DNA from: an uncultured Actinomycetota bacterium
GTDB lineage: Bacteria > Actinomycetota > Actinomycetes > JAHEKZ01
Assembly: GCA_963829525.1 (NCBI GenBank)
Contig: CAWHIJ010000003.1
Coordinates: 1,344,001 to 1,408,000, forward strand
Reading direction: 5' to 3'
DNA: 64,000 bases
This document shows, in pieces, positions 9,746 through 20,533 of the stretch; the stretch's first letter is position 1; each line of letters opens with the position of its first letter. The notes below the pieces were generated by a model, which saw nothing but the letters and a program-made list of their open reading frames with translations, searched no databases and was not told the DNA's origin. The translations under genes and the position numbers were made by a program.

Positions 9746-10615
9746 ATGGCGTCGGGCAGCGGGATGAGCAGAAGCCCGACGCCGAACGGCAACACCAGGG
9801 TCACTGGCAAAGAGCAGTTCTACACACCGCGCGAGGTTGCCGATGTCGTGGTCGCTCAGGTGCTCAATACCGTGCCGGACGCCGTCGCCCGTACCTGGAT
9901 CGAGCCCGCTGGAGGGACCGGCAGCTTCATCGACGCTGCACGCGACGTCGGTGTCGTGGACGTCGTCAGTTTCGACATCGAGCCAAGGCACCGAGACGTG
10001 GCGCGCGGGGACTTCTTGAAGCAGCGGCTCAACGTGGGGGGAGCCGTCAGTATCGGTAACCCTCCCTTCGGGAGGAACAATGCGCTCTCCGTGCCATTCT
10101 TCAACCACTGCGCGATGTACAGCGACTACATCGCCTTCATCGTGCCCCGATCCTGGCGCAAGTGGAGCGTCCTCAACCGGCTCGATCCACACTTCCATCT
10201 GGTGACCGATGAAGACCTGTCAATCAACTACGTCGATGCGGATGGTGTCGCGGCATACGCCCGTACCTACCTGCAGACGTGCGTTCAGATTTGGCAGCGT
10301 CGCGACGCGCGGCGTCCCAAGGTGAAAGTGCGAGACCGAGGAGTCGTTGCCAAGTGCCAGCCGCAGGACGCCGATGTGGCTCTGACGATCTTCGGGTTCG
10401 GCTGCGGCAGTGTGAAGACTGACTTTCCCAGGCGCAAGGTGACGACTGAGATCTATCTGCAGTTGCGGCACCCTCGCGCATTGGAAGCGCTGCAGACGGT
10501 GGACTACTCGCGCTTCTCTCGAAATGTTGCGTATACCGAGGCGCTTTCCATCCAAGAGGTCAACTACCTGTTGAACGAGTATCTCTTCGGAGACCCCGGT
10601 TTTGTGACGCCCTAA
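9746..10615 (+). CDS. SAM-dependent amino (N6A/N4C) DNA methyltransferase, orphan
   Basis: QFYTP, EPAGGTGSF (motif I), GDFL, GNPPFG (motif IV). Confidence 0.78.
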   Translation: MASGSGMSRSPTPNGNTRVTGKEQFYTPREVADVVVAQVLNTVPDAVARTWIEPAGGTGSFIDAARDVGVVDVVSFDIEPRHRDVARGDFLKQRLNVGGAVSIGNPPFGRNNALSVPFFNHCAMYSDYIAFIVPRSWRKWSVLNRLDPHFHLVTDEDLSINYVDADGVAAYARTYLQTCVQIWQRRDARRPKVKVRDRGVVAKCQPQDADVALTIFGFGCGSVKTDFPRRKVTTEIYLQLRHPRALEALQTVDYSRFSRNVAYTEALSIQEVNYLLNEYLFGDPGFVTP

Positions 10616-10628
10616 CCGTGACGTGAGA

Positions 10629-11945
10629 TCAGTCAGACGGCAGGGCTCGAACCGCGTCGCCAAGCCGGTTGACAATCTCGTCGACGTCACGCTCGTCGAT
10701 GGTCAATGGTGGGGCCAGCATCACAGCCTCGATGACGCGGTTTCCCAGCGGCGTCGGACAGGGGTAGATCATCAAGTGACGATCGCGCGCGAGTGCCGCA
10801 AGCTGATAGGACGCGCCGGTCAGTGGCTCGAGCGAGTCCTTGTCGGTGACAAGTTCGACCCCCTGCAGGAGCCCACGCCCGCGCACCTGGCCGATACGCG
10901 GTGAGGTGTGGGCGATCTCAACGAGGCCTTCGTGCAGCCGCTTGCCCATCTCGGTGGCGTTCTCGAGAAGCCCGTCGTCCCTAATGGTGCGGATCACCTC
11001 GGCTGCCACCGCGCAGCCCACTGGATTACCTGAGTAGGTGTGCCCGAAGGGGAAACCCTCGGGGGCGGCCGCGAAGACGTCAGCGATCGTGCCGCTGATG
11101 GCCAGACCGGAGAAGGGCGTCACTCCGCTGGTCACACCTTTCGCGAAAGTGACCATGTCTGGCTGCACGCCCCAGTGGTCGACGCCCCACCATTGGCCGG
11201 TGCGACCGAAGCCGGTAACTGTCTCGTCGCAAATCATCAGAACGTCGTAACGGTCGCAGAGTGCCCGTACCCCCTCGAGGTATCCGTCGGGGGGAACGAC
11301 TGCCGCGGTGCTGGCGCCTGAGATCGGCTCGAGAAAGATCGCGGCAACGTTGTCCGGATCGCGGGCGACCAGCGCGTCCTCGATCTGCTGCAAGCCGAAC
11401 GCCAGCTCTTCCGACGGTGATCGGTGCGAGCGGATGTCGGCATTGGGTGCCTGTGCGACGGGGTTGTCGTCAAGGACGTGCTCGAAGCCCTGACGCCAGC
11501 GCGACCCGGACAGCCCAAGAGCCCCGAGCGTCGAGCCGTGAAAGCTTGGATAGCGAGAGATCAGCTCGGTCTTGCCCGGCTTGCCGACGTGTTGCCAGTA
11601 GAGCAACGCTAGGTGAATTGCGGACTCGATCGACTCCGAACCCGACGAGTTGAAGAAAGCCCAGCCGCGCTCCATTGGGGCGATTTCGCGGATCAGCGCC
11701 GCCAGTTCGATCATCGGCTCGTTCGAGAACGAGAAGCGGTAGGTGAAGGTCAGCTTCTCCAACTGCTTCTGCGCTGCGTCGACGAGCCTTGGGTGGCAGT
11801 GCCCGAGGCTCATCACCATTGCGCCGCCGCACGCATCGAGCCATTCGGTTCCGTCCCGGTCCCAGATCCGCATCCCGGATGCGTGGGTGGCCACCGGAAG
11901 GCGACGCCCGGGCGAGGCGGTGAGGGAGTAGTCCGTTTCGGTCAC
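10629..11945 (-). CDS. Class III PLP aminotransferase
   Basis: SSGSES, SFHGSTLG, CDETVTGFGRTG, FAKG, GHTYSG. Confidence 0.92.
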   Translation of the reverse strand: MTETDYSLTASPGRRLPVATHASGMRIWDRDGTEWLDACGGAMVMSLGHCHPRLVDAAQKQLEKLTFTYRFSFSNEPMIELAALIREIAPMERGWAFFNSSGSESIESAIHLALLYWQHVGKPGKTELISRYPSFHGSTLGALGLSGSRWRQGFEHVLDDNPVAQAPNADIRSHRSPSEELAFGLQQIEDALVARDPDNVAAIFLEPISGASTAAVVPPDGYLEGVRALCDRYDVLMICDETVTGFGRTGQWWGVDHWGVQPDMVTFAKGVTSGVTPFSGLAISGTIADVFAAAPEGFPFGHTYSGNPVGCAVAAEVIRTIRDDGLLENATEMGKRLHEGLVEIAHTSPRIGQVRGRGLLQGVELVTDKDSLEPLTGASYQLAALARDRHLMIYPCPTPLGNRVIEAVMLAPPLTIDERDVDEIVNRLGDAVRALPSD

Positions 11946-11968
11946 GCGACGATCGTAGGCGTCTGCCG

Positions 11969-12550
11969 TCAGGTGCGCATGAACCAGATGGTGGGTCCGC
12001 CATCTGGAGCCTGCTCCTTGCCGACCACGGCGAAGCCGAAGCGTTCGTAGTACGACACGTTGCCCAGCTGGGAGGTTTCCAGGAAGGCGGGTAGGCCGTC
12101 TGATCGCGCCAAGGCCAGGCCGTGTTCAACAAGCTGGCCGCCAAGTCCGCGTCCCCGAGCGGTGGGATGAACAGCAACCAGATCCATGAACCAGCAAGGC
12201 TCGGACGGCAGATGGCCGGCGAGCCAGTCCCAGAAGGCCCCGTACCTGGCTCCGCCGTCGTCGGTGTAAGGCGCGACCGCGGCACGCGTTGGCTGCTCCA
12301 GCTCGTCGAAGCGGGCGGCCGCGTCCGGTGCGATCCAGGACGCCACCGCCAGGCCACCCTCGAGCATCCAAGCGGAGCCCACCTCGACATACATCGAGAC
12401 GATCGCCTTGCTCATCGCAATGACCGAATCCACTGAAACGTCCGATGGCAGCGGCCAACGGATCATTGGGTCGTGGTACATCGCGGTGCCGAAGGTCTCG
12501 GCGAACCGATCTACATCGCTGCTTGTTGCGCGCTGCGGGTCAGCCCTCAC
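11969..12550 (-). CDS. GNAT N-acetyltransferase
   Basis: VHPTARGRGLG, FLETS..NVSYYERFGF. Confidence 0.88.
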   Translation of the reverse strand: MRADPQRATSSDVDRFAETFGTAMYHDPMIRWPLPSDVSVDSVIAMSKAIVSMYVEVGSAWMLEGGLAVASWIAPDAAARFDELEQPTRAAVAPYTDDGGARYGAFWDWLAGHLPSEPCWFMDLVAVHPTARGRGLGGQLVEHGLALARSDGLPAFLETSQLGNVSYYERFGFAVVGKEQAPDGGPTIWFMRT

Positions 12551-12589
12551 TCGCCTAACTCTAGGGCTCTCGGACTGTGGACGGCCGAC

Positions 12590-13819
12590 CTACTTCGACG
12601 GCTTGACCCAGATCAGCGAGTTCGGCACGGGCCGCTGCCACAGTGAGTCTGGATCGTCGACCCGGTCCCAGTTGCCGTCGGCGCGACGCACCATCGCGGT
12701 GGTCGAGCCACCGCCGTCCAGCTCGCTGGCATCGACGAAACCGAGCGCGATCGCCACGTTTGCCTCCTGGGCAAGACCCAGCCCACCAATCCGGTAACCG
12801 TTGCGGTCGTAGCCGGTGCCTGGCAGCGACAAAGTCATCCAGTTGCCATTGGCGTCCCACCCGACCGTCGTCCTCGGTCGCTGCTCCATGTACTTCGCTG
12901 CGCACGTGAGGTTGACCCGCCGGCCCTCGACCAGCTCGACGCCGCGCCCGACGGCCTCCTTGAGCGGAACTCCCTTGGCCGTTTCCTGCCTCAAGTCGAT
13001 CACGGCTGGCTTTCCCACCTGGGCCCGTCGGGCCGCGCTGGTGTAGTTGCTTCCGAAGGCGACCACCTTGGTATTCGGTTCGACGGTCTTACCCGTCTGG
13101 CTTCCGGTTCGGATCGAGGTGAGCTTGCCGTCTTTGACCACCCACTCCACGGCACCCGCAGGGCGTTTGGCCGACTTGATGTCGGTCCACCTCGACGTGT
13201 AGATCCCGACAGCCCCGCTACCGAGGTTCTGCCAGTTCAAGCTGTCGATCTTGAACTCCTTGGTTCGGTACGTCACGGACCCACCGATTCCGAGTCCTCC
13301 GCTGTAGGGCACACCGTTCTTGTCGACGCCTACGACCTGCGTCCAGTCGGGTCCTATGCGGACTGGTTGGCCTCTGGTCACCGATGCATGCTGCGGCAGG
13401 TAGACGGTGTCTCCGTTGATCCGGTAGTCGTAGAAGAAGTCGCCGTTGACTGCTGCGATTCCTCGCTTGCCCTTCTTGCTCTCCAGCTGCGCCCGAAGAT
13501 CGCCGAGGGCGCCCATCTTCATGGTCACCAGGCGTGGCCGGGCCTTTGGGGGCATGACCATCCGGAGGACTTCGGCTGTCTGGGAGCGGCTTCCCCAGCT
13601 GACCTTGACGTTGTACTTGTTGCGCTCGACGCCGTTGCCGTAGGTGACGCTGGAGATTCGGTCCACGGTGACGCGCATGGTGCAAGGTGTCGAGACGGCA
13701 GCGTCCGAGGGTGCACCCAGGAGTGCCCCGGCTCCGACTACCAGGACCGTCGGCATGCAAACAACTCGTACCCATCTCATACTTCGCGCCACGACCCGCT
13801 CCCTGAACCACAAGATCAA
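12590..13819 (-). CDS. Secreted phosphodiester glycosidase (NAGPA) family protein
   Basis: AVNGDFF, RPRTTVG, LDGGGSTT, RPVPNS; signal peptide; start uncertain. Confidence 0.82.
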   Translation of the reverse strand: MILWFRERVVARSMRWVRVVCMPTVLVVGAGALLGAPSDAAVSTPCTMRVTVDRISSVTYGNGVERNKYNVKVSWGSRSQTAEVLRMVMPPKARPRLVTMKMGALGDLRAQLESKKGKRGIAAVNGDFFYDYRINGDTVYLPQHASVTRGQPVRIGPDWTQVVGVDKNGVPYSGGLGIGGSVTYRTKEFKIDSLNWQNLGSGAVGIYTSRWTDIKSAKRPAGAVEWVVKDGKLTSIRTGSQTGKTVEPNTKVVAFGSNYTSAARRAQVGKPAVIDLRQETAKGVPLKEAVGRGVELVEGRRVNLTCAAKYMEQRPRTTVGWDANGNWMTLSLPGTGYDRNGYRIGGLGLAQEANVAIALGFVDASELDGGGSTTAMVRRADGNWDRVDDPDSLWQRPVPNSLIWVKPSK

Positions 13820-13981
13820 GAAAAGTGGACCTGGAGTGGGCCCTAGAGAGGTATCGGCCCGTGGAGGTCCTCGCTGGTAGGCCGTACGGGTGTCAGCCCA
13901 AGCGCTGGGGCAGATGACCGCCCCGACCCTTCTTCCCTCCTGCTCTTGCCCCTCGGCTGCTGTCCAGTAAGGATGCCCTCC

Positions 13982-15622
13982 ATGTCACCATCACCAGTCG
14001 CAGACCTTGTCCTCACAGATCTCGACGTCTACTGCAACGACGAGTCGCGGTCCTGGGCTCGTGAGATCGCTATCAAAGAGGGCAAGATTGTTGCCCTAGG
14101 GCGCGCTGACGGCGATCTGGCCGACCTGCGTGGCCCCTCAACGGAAGTGCTTTCGCTTCCGGGACGGCTCGCGGTTCCCGGTTTCCAAGATGCCCACATC
14201 CACAGCCCGTTCGCCGGTCGTAACCGGCTGCGGGTATGGCTCAACGACGTCATCGGACGCGAGGCCTACCTCGCGGTCATCGCCGAGTATGCCCGCGCGA
14301 ACCCCGATGAGCCCTGGATAGTCGGCGGAGGATGGGCGATGGAGTGCTTCCCAGGCGGTGTGCCGCGCAAGGAGGACCTCGACGCGATCGTCCCCGATCG
14401 TCCGGTGTTCTTGTTCAACAAGGACGTGCACGGCGCCTGGGTGAACTCCCTGGCTCTGGAACTTGCTGGGATCACCAAGGACACTCCCGACCCGGCCGAC
14501 GGTCGGATTGAACGCGACGATGAGACCGGGGAGCCAACCGGGATGCTCCACGAGGGCTCCGCCTACACCTTCAACGACACGATGGTGCCTCTTCCCTCGC
14601 GCCAGGAGTGGGAGGCGGCGATTCTCAACGCCCAGAAGCACCTTCACTCACTTGGCATAACGGCGTGGCAGGACGCGTGGGTGACTCCCGGCACCCACGA
14701 CGCCTACCGGTCTCTGGCGGCGGATGGCCGTCTCACGGCGCGCGTCGTTGGTGCACTCTGGTGGGACCGGCATCAGGGCCTTGAGCAGATCCCGCAGTTC
14801 CTCACCCAGCGCGAGAACGGCGTCGTTGGCAACTACAACGCCACCAGCGTCAAGATCATGACCGACGGTGTCCTGGAGAACTACACCGGTGCGCTGCTCG
14901 AGCCCTACTGCGACGGATGTGGTGGACACACCGACAACCACGGACTTTCGTACGTTGAGCCCGACCTCCTGGGGGCAGCTGTCACAGAACTGGACCGGTT
15001 GGGGTTTCAGGTGCACATGCACGCCATCGGCGACAGGGCGGTGCGCAACGCCCTTGACGCCGTCTCCGCGGCCAGAGCAGCCAACGGGATGACCGATCAC
15101 CGGCACCACATCGCGCACGTCCAGATCGTGCACCCGGACGATGTGCAGCGGTTTGCCGAGCTGGGTGCGATCGCGAACTGCCAGCCGCTCTGGGCGCAGA
15201 GCGACGCGCAGATGGACGAACTGACGGTTCCCTTTCTGGGCAAGGAGCGCGTCGAGATGCAGTATCCGTTCTGGTCGATGCTGGCCTCCGGCGCTCGCCT
15301 CGCCGGAGGAAGCGACTGGTCGGTCACCTCAGCCAACCCGCTCGAGGAGATCGATGTGATGGTCAACCGGCGCAGCCCCAGCCAGCCGGACGCACCGGCC
15401 TTCCTGCCCAATGAGCGGGTGCCGCTCACCGACGCCCTGGCCGCCTTCACCTCGGGCACCGCCTATGTCAATCATGACGAGCTAAGTGGGCACCTAGCGC
15501 CCGGGATGCGGGCTGACCTAGCGGTCCTCGACCGCAGCATCTTCGACTTGGGGGAGGGTACGGTTGCCGATGCCTCCGTCGACCTGACTGTCGCATCAGG
15601 AAACATCGTCTACCAGCGCTGA
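13982..15622 (+). CDS. Amidohydrolase_3 (YtcJ-like) metallo-amidohydrolase
   Basis: PGFQDAHIH, KIMTDG, HAIGDRA, HIAHVQ, GSDW. Confidence 0.9.
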   Translation: MSPSPVADLVLTDLDVYCNDESRSWAREIAIKEGKIVALGRADGDLADLRGPSTEVLSLPGRLAVPGFQDAHIHSPFAGRNRLRVWLNDVIGREAYLAVIAEYARANPDEPWIVGGGWAMECFPGGVPRKEDLDAIVPDRPVFLFNKDVHGAWVNSLALELAGITKDTPDPADGRIERDDETGEPTGMLHEGSAYTFNDTMVPLPSRQEWEAAILNAQKHLHSLGITAWQDAWVTPGTHDAYRSLAADGRLTARVVGALWWDRHQGLEQIPQFLTQRENGVVGNYNATSVKIMTDGVLENYTGALLEPYCDGCGGHTDNHGLSYVEPDLLGAAVTELDRLGFQVHMHAIGDRAVRNALDAVSAARAANGMTDHRHHIAHVQIVHPDDVQRFAELGAIANCQPLWAQSDAQMDELTVPFLGKERVEMQYPFWSMLASGARLAGGSDWSVTSANPLEEIDVMVNRRSPSQPDAPAFLPNERVPLTDALAAFTSGTAYVNHDELSGHLAPGMRADLAVLDRSIFDLGEGTVADASVDLTVASGNIVYQR

Positions 15623-15631
15623 TGGCGGAAA

Positions 15632-15718
15632 GTGACGGCCAGGTCACGAGTTGGACGCAATCTCACCGATTCGGGCCCAGAGTCTGTTTAGATGCGCCAA
15701 TCACACGGTTGACTGTGA
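15632..15718. promoter_or_regulatory. Candidate operators upstream of the pot operon (GlnR-like GTGAC-N6-GTCAC; TCACA-N8-TGTGA palindrome)
   Basis: Motifs at 15632-15647 and 15701-15718. Confidence 0.35.
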
Positions 15719-15765
15719 GCCGACCGAGAGGATCGAACGCGCGACTCGAGGAGAGGTAACGAGGA

Positions 15766-16923
15766 GTGACAGACGCAGCCCGCACCGGTGGGGAAACCGG
15801 AGCCGTCGAGCTCATCGACGTCGTCAAGATGTTCGGCGACTTCACCGCTGTGGACTCGATCAACCTGCAGGTGCAGCCTGGCGAGTTCATATCGCTACTG
15901 GGGCCCAGCGGCTGCGGCAAGACCACCACGTTACGTATGCTCGCGGGGTTCGAGGAGCCGACGTCGGGTGAGCTGCGCATCTCGGGTCAGCCCATCGCAG
16001 GTACCCCGCCACACAAGCGCGACGTCAACACGGTCTTCCAAGCGTATGCGCTCTTCCCTCACATGACGGTGGCGGAAAATGTCGCTTACGGACTGCGCCA
16101 GAAGGGCGTCGGCAAAGCGGACATGGGGCAGCGAGTGGCCGAGGCGCTCGACATGGTCAAGATGCGGCCCCTCGCGGAGCGCAAGCCCAAGCAGCTATCG
16201 GGTGGACAGCAGCAGCGCGTTGCCCTCGCCCGCGCTCTGGTCAACCGGCCGAGCCTGTTGCTGCTTGACGAGCCCCTTGGAGCACTCGACCGCAAACTTC
16301 GCGAAGAGATGCAGATCGAGTTGAAGCTGCTGCAGTCGCAGCTCGGGATCACCTTCATCTTCGTCACTCACGACCAAGAGGAAGCGCTGTCCATGAGTGA
16401 CCGCATCGCGGTAATGCTGGATGGTCGCGTTGAGCAGCTCGGCGACCCGTACACCATCTACGAGCACCCGTCGTCTGCATTCGTGGCCGGCTTCATCGGC
16501 CAGCAGAACTTCTTTCACGGTAAGGCAGCTGAAGGCGGCAGGGCGGTGGTCACCGAAGGATGTACGTTGAGGTCTACTCGCGAGACCACGGGCCTTTCGG
16601 CTGGAAGTGATGCGCTCGCAGCAGTTCGACCGGAGGCCATCACGGTTGGCGAGGTCGACCCCGGCAGCCAGGAAAACGTCCTCCGCGGCGAGCTGGCGGG
16701 CATTTCGCACCTCGGTGACGTGATCCAGTACGTCGTCCGTGCTGGCCAGGGCCGCGAAGTTCTGTCTCGCGTCCCACGGACCAAGGCACCTCGCCTCGAG
16801 ACTGGGCAAACGGTCTGGTGTTCATGGGACGCCGACCACACGTACCTCTTCACCGCCGAGCAGGCTGATCTCGTTATGGCCGATCCGGCGTCCGACAAGG
16901 CAGAAGTGCTAGCCGGCAACTGA
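15766..16923 (+). CDS. potA: Polyamine ABC transporter ATP-binding subunit
   Basis: [33 protein letters not shown]-like C-terminus. Confidence 0.9.
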   Translation: MTDAARTGGETGAVELIDVVKMFGDFTAVDSINLQVQPGEFISLLGPSGCGKTTTLRMLAGFEEPTSGELRISGQPIAGTPPHKRDVNTVFQAYALFPHMTVAENVAYGLRQKGVGKADMGQRVAEALDMVKMRPLAERKPKQLSGGQQQRVALARALVNRPSLLLLDEPLGALDRKLREEMQIELKLLQSQLGITFIFVTHDQEEALSMSDRIAVMLDGRVEQLGDPYTIYEHPSSAFVAGFIGQQNFFHGKAAEGGRAVVTEGCTLRSTRETTGLSAGSDALAAVRPEAITVGEVDPGSQENVLRGELAGISHLGDVIQYVVRAGQGREVLSRVPRTKAPRLETGQTVWCSWDADHTYLFTAEQADLVMADPASDKAEVLAGN

Positions 16924-16949
16924 GCCGGAGAAGTGAGAGAAGGAAGATC

Positions 16950-18126
16950 ATGACCGAAACCAACGAACCGATCAGAATCCTTGCTCCCGAGGATGCGGTC
17001 GACCGAATCTCACGGCGGATGTTCATGGCCGGCGCAGCTGGTGCCGCCGCTGCTGGGTCGACCCTGCTCAGCGCCTGCGGTGCGGATGAGTCTGCCGACA
17101 CGAGCGCCGCACCGGCGGGTGAGGTCGAGAGCGAGCTCAACATGTTCACTTGGGGCGACTACAACGCTCCGGAGGTGATCAAGGAGTTCGAGAAGAAGAA
17201 CAGCCTGGACTTCAAGCTCGACTCGTACAACTCCAACGAGCAGCTGATCGCGAAGCTTGACTGCTGCCAGTGGCACCTCGGGCTATGACATCATCGTCCC
17301 CACCGGACCGTTCATACCGGCGCTTGCCGAGAACGAGCTGGTCCAAGAGCTCGACCTGAGCCGGATCACCAATTTCGGCAACTTGGAGCCTGAGTACATC
17401 GACCAGCCCTGGGACCCGGGCAACAAGTACTCGATCTGTAAGGACTGGGGCACCACTGGCTATGCCTACGACACCACGCTGATCGACGTCGAGATGTCGA
17501 CCTGGCAAGACTTCATCGACGTCGCGAAGGACCAGGCGAGCGGCAACATGTCGGTGTTGGACAGCCCCGACAATGCTGTTGGCTTCTGGCTTTGGGCCAA
17601 TGACATCAACTGGATGACGACGGACACTGAAGAACTCAACCAGTGCGAAGACTTCCTGCTCAACGAGATGGCACCCCACGTGAAGGCGTTCGTGTCCTAC
17701 CCCGGCGGTGGAGACATGCAGAACGGCAACTTCGCTCTGGTCCACGCCTGGAACGGCGATGCTCGTCAGGGCATCATCCAGTCCGAGGACAAGGAGCGCT
17801 GGAAGTGGGTGTTTCCGGGCCCACGCACCGAGATCTGGATGGACACCTACGCCATCCCGGTGGGTGCCCCGCACCCCAACGCTGCGTACGAGTGGATCAA
17901 CTACCTGCTCATCCCGGAGGTCTCGCTCAAGGAGCTCGAGTACATCGGGTACAACACCGGTGTTAAGGATATCGAGCCCATGGCAAAGAAAGCCGGTACC
18001 GAGCGCCTCGACATCGTGTTCTTCACCCCAGACCAGGTCGCGACCATGGAGTCCGGCGAGTTGAACGACGCGCAGGAACGCCGCGTCGAGATCTACAACA
18101 AGTTCAAGTCGGCCGCTGGCGGCTGA
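16950..18126 (+). CDS. potD: Polyamine ABC substrate-binding Tat lipoprotein (frameshift near 17260)
   Basis: SRRMF Tat motif, LSAC lipobox, TWGDY, YDIIVP, WDPGNKYS, split over two frames. Confidence 0.85.
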
Positions 18127-18135
18127 GCGCGCGCG

Positions 18136-19110
18136 ATGGCAATGGATACAGCGGAGGCCGTCGACACCGGGTCGGCGGCTCCTAGCCCTCGGCCCGGTGG
18201 TTCGAAGCGACGGATCCAGGCGCCCAAGTACGCGTTGGCGATCCCGGCGTGGACCTGGTTCATTCTCTTCTTCGCGCTGCCCGTTGGGCTCGTCCTGCTC
18301 TACAGCTTGGGCGAACAGGTCAGCGCGTTCGTCCAGAAACCGAACATCAGCCCCAGCGTCTGGTCGTTCGACAACTTCGACAAGGCGATCGACCCCGCCT
18401 ACATGCCGATCTTCTGGCGCACGCTGAAAATCGCGACGATCGGGACGTTCATCTGTCTCATCATCTCGCTGCCGTTCGCGTACTGGATGGCTACCAAGGC
18501 GAGTCCACGGTGGCGCGGCGTGCTGCTCGGCCTGGTGCTCGTGCCGTTCTGGACGAATTTCCTGGTGCGGACCATCGGGTGGCAGATCATCCTGGCGCCG
18601 AACGGACTGGTGTCCGGATGGCTCCAAGACCTAGGACTTCGTGACGCCCCATTGGCGCTGCTGTACACCCAAAGTGGTGTGCAGCTTGGCGTGGTCTACA
18701 ACTATTTGCCGTTGATGATCCTCCCGCTCTATGTGGCCTTCGAGCGGATCGACCCCGCGCTCACCGAGGCGAGCAAGGATCTCGGCGCCAACCGACTCAA
18801 GACTTTCGTCCAGGTGACCATGCCACTGGCTGTTCCCGGCGCGATCGCGGGAATGCTTCTGGTGTTTATCCCGCTCATGGGCGACTACATCACGCCGTCG
18901 ATTCTGGGCGGCAGTGCCGGAAGCATGGCCGGCACGCTTGTGGCTGAGCAGTTCCTCACGACCTTCAACTGGTCAAAGGGAGCGGCGATGGCAGTCATCA
19001 TGATTGGGTTCATCCTGGGCGCTCTCCTCGTCTTCGCCATTCTGGGTCTTCTTCTCAGGACGATCCTGCGAGGCAGGCGACGCGTCAGATTGCCGGAGGC
19101 GTCGGCATGA
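18136..19110 (+). CDS. potB: Polyamine ABC permease
   Basis: PFWTNFLVRT, EASKDLGA (EAA loop). Confidence 0.88.
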   Translation: MAMDTAEAVDTGSAAPSPRPGGSKRRIQAPKYALAIPAWTWFILFFALPVGLVLLYSLGEQVSAFVQKPNISPSVWSFDNFDKAIDPAYMPIFWRTLKIATIGTFICLIISLPFAYWMATKASPRWRGVLLGLVLVPFWTNFLVRTIGWQIILAPNGLVSGWLQDLGLRDAPLALLYTQSGVQLGVVYNYLPLMILPLYVAFERIDPALTEASKDLGANRLKTFVQVTMPLAVPGAIAGMLLVFIPLMGDYITPSILGGSAGSMAGTLVAEQFLTTFNWSKGAAMAVIMIGFILGALLVFAILGLLLRTILRGRRRVRLPEASA

Positions 19111-19985
19111 GCACTGCGACGACTACTCCGGTCGTGCATCGGAAGAAGGTCGACTGGACCAAGCAGGCGCTCAGGGCCTGGGCGGTGCTGATGTACCTCT
19201 TTCTCTTCCTTCCAATTCTCTGGATCGTGGCGTTCTCGTTCAATACCGGCCGTCTCCTGACGGTGTGGAACGGTTTTGGTTTTGAGGGCTATCAAGCCCT
19301 GTTTAACAATCCGGCGCCGCGTGAAGCCGTGGTTGTCTCGCTGATCGTGGGTGTGCTGTCGGCGATCATCGCGACCGTCCTCGGGTCGTTGGCCGGTGTG
19401 GCACTTGCACGCCGTCCAGGCAAGTGGACAATCTTCTTTCTTGTGTTCGTGGCGCTGATCCTGGTCACTCCCGAGATCGTCGACGCCATCGCTTTGCTTC
19501 CCTGGTACGTCCAGCTGGGTCAGGGCTGGAACCTCACCATCTTCAACAACGGCTATGTCCGTCTGATCGTGAGCCACGCGATATTCAGCACTGCCGTGGT
19601 GACTCTGATCGTGCGTGCGCGCTTGTCGGGGATTGACGAAGCGTTGGAGGAAGCCGCCTCCGACCTCTACGCGACGCCGACCAAACGATTCACGCAGATC
19701 ACCTTCCCGTTGATGCTGCCGGCGGTACTCGCCGGTGGGCTGCTGGCGTTCACATTGAGCCTTGACAACACGGTGATCTCGTCATTTGTCTCGATCCAGG
19801 GAACCACGCCGTGGCCGGTCTACGTCTTCGCCTCCGTGAAGACCTCACTGCGGCCAGACATCGCGTCCATCTCGACTCTGATGTTCATTTTGACAGTCCT
19901 GGCCATCAGCCTCGTGGCGGTGGTGCTGAAACGCGGTGGCGACTCGTCGGGGGACATTGCGGCCACCATGACCGGGACCGGCTGA
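19107..19985 (+). CDS. potC: Polyamine ABC permease
   Basis: FSFN, LEEAASDLYA, FTLSLD. Confidence 0.88.
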   Translation: MSTATTTPVVHRKKVDWTKQALRAWAVLMYLFLFLPILWIVAFSFNTGRLLTVWNGFGFEGYQALFNNPAPREAVVVSLIVGVLSAIIATVLGSLAGVALARRPGKWTIFFLVFVALILVTPEIVDAIALLPWYVQLGQGWNLTIFNNGYVRLIVSHAIFSTAVVTLIVRARLSGIDEALEEAASDLYATPTKRFTQITFPLMLPAVLAGGLLAFTLSLDNTVISSFVSIQGTTPWPVYVFASVKTSLRPDIASISTLMFILTVLAISLVAVVLKRGGDSSGDIAATMTGTG

Positions 19986-19998
19986 GTCGCTCCAGATC

Positions 19999-20023
19999 GT
20001 TTCCACTGTCAACCGATGGGTAT
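19999..20023 (+). promoter_or_regulatory. SigF/SigB-type promoter
   Basis: GTTT-N15-GGGTAT ending about 10 nt before ATG 20033. Confidence 0.55.
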
Positions 20024-20032
20024 GACACTCAC

Positions 20033-20533
20033 ATGCCGGACGACGCAGGCTCGAAGGAATCCCTGAAGGAAAAGGCTGACCGACAGTACGAAGAGCTGCT
20101 TCAGGAGCTTCGTGTCGCCCAAGCCGGAGTGCAGATCCTCTTCGCTTTCTTGCTCGTACTGCCGTTCCAGAGCGGGTTCACCCGGCTTCCCGGCGACCTG
20201 AAATCGCTCTATGCGGTGTCACTGTTGGCGTCCCTCGTGGCCGCCGCCTTGCTGATCGGCCCTGTGGCGCTGCATCGCATCCTGTCCGGGGAGCAGATGA
20301 AGGACACCATTGTCGACAGGGCTCATCGGATGGCTCTCGGAGGCCTGGGCTTTCTGGCTGTGTCCATGAGCGGAGCGGTCGCCCTGGCTCTCTCCGTCAG
20401 TGCTGGGCGCCTTCCGGGCCTGGCCGTGGGGCTCATCGCGCTGGGGCTTTTCGCATCGCTGTGGTTCCTCTGGCCTTTGGCCACACGCCGCCGTCCAGAC
20501 GTCGCTACAGGAAGTAGAGCCGGCTCAAGCTGA
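20033..20533 (+). CDS. DUF6328-family membrane protein
   Basis: ELLQELRVAQAGVQILFAFLL, PVALHR. Confidence 0.8.
   Translation: MPDDAGSKESLKEKADRQYEELLQELRVAQAGVQILFAFLLVLPFQSGFTRLPGDLKSLYAVSLLASLVAAALLIGPVALHRILSGEQMKDTIVDRAHRMALGGLGFLAVSMSGAVALALSVSAGRLPGLAVGLIALGLFASLWFLWPLATRRRPDVATGSRAGSS

Noticed and set aside
17250-17270. Programmed frameshifting in potD, ureC or other split genes
   Set aside because: No slippery sites or precedent; sequencing error is more parsimonious.
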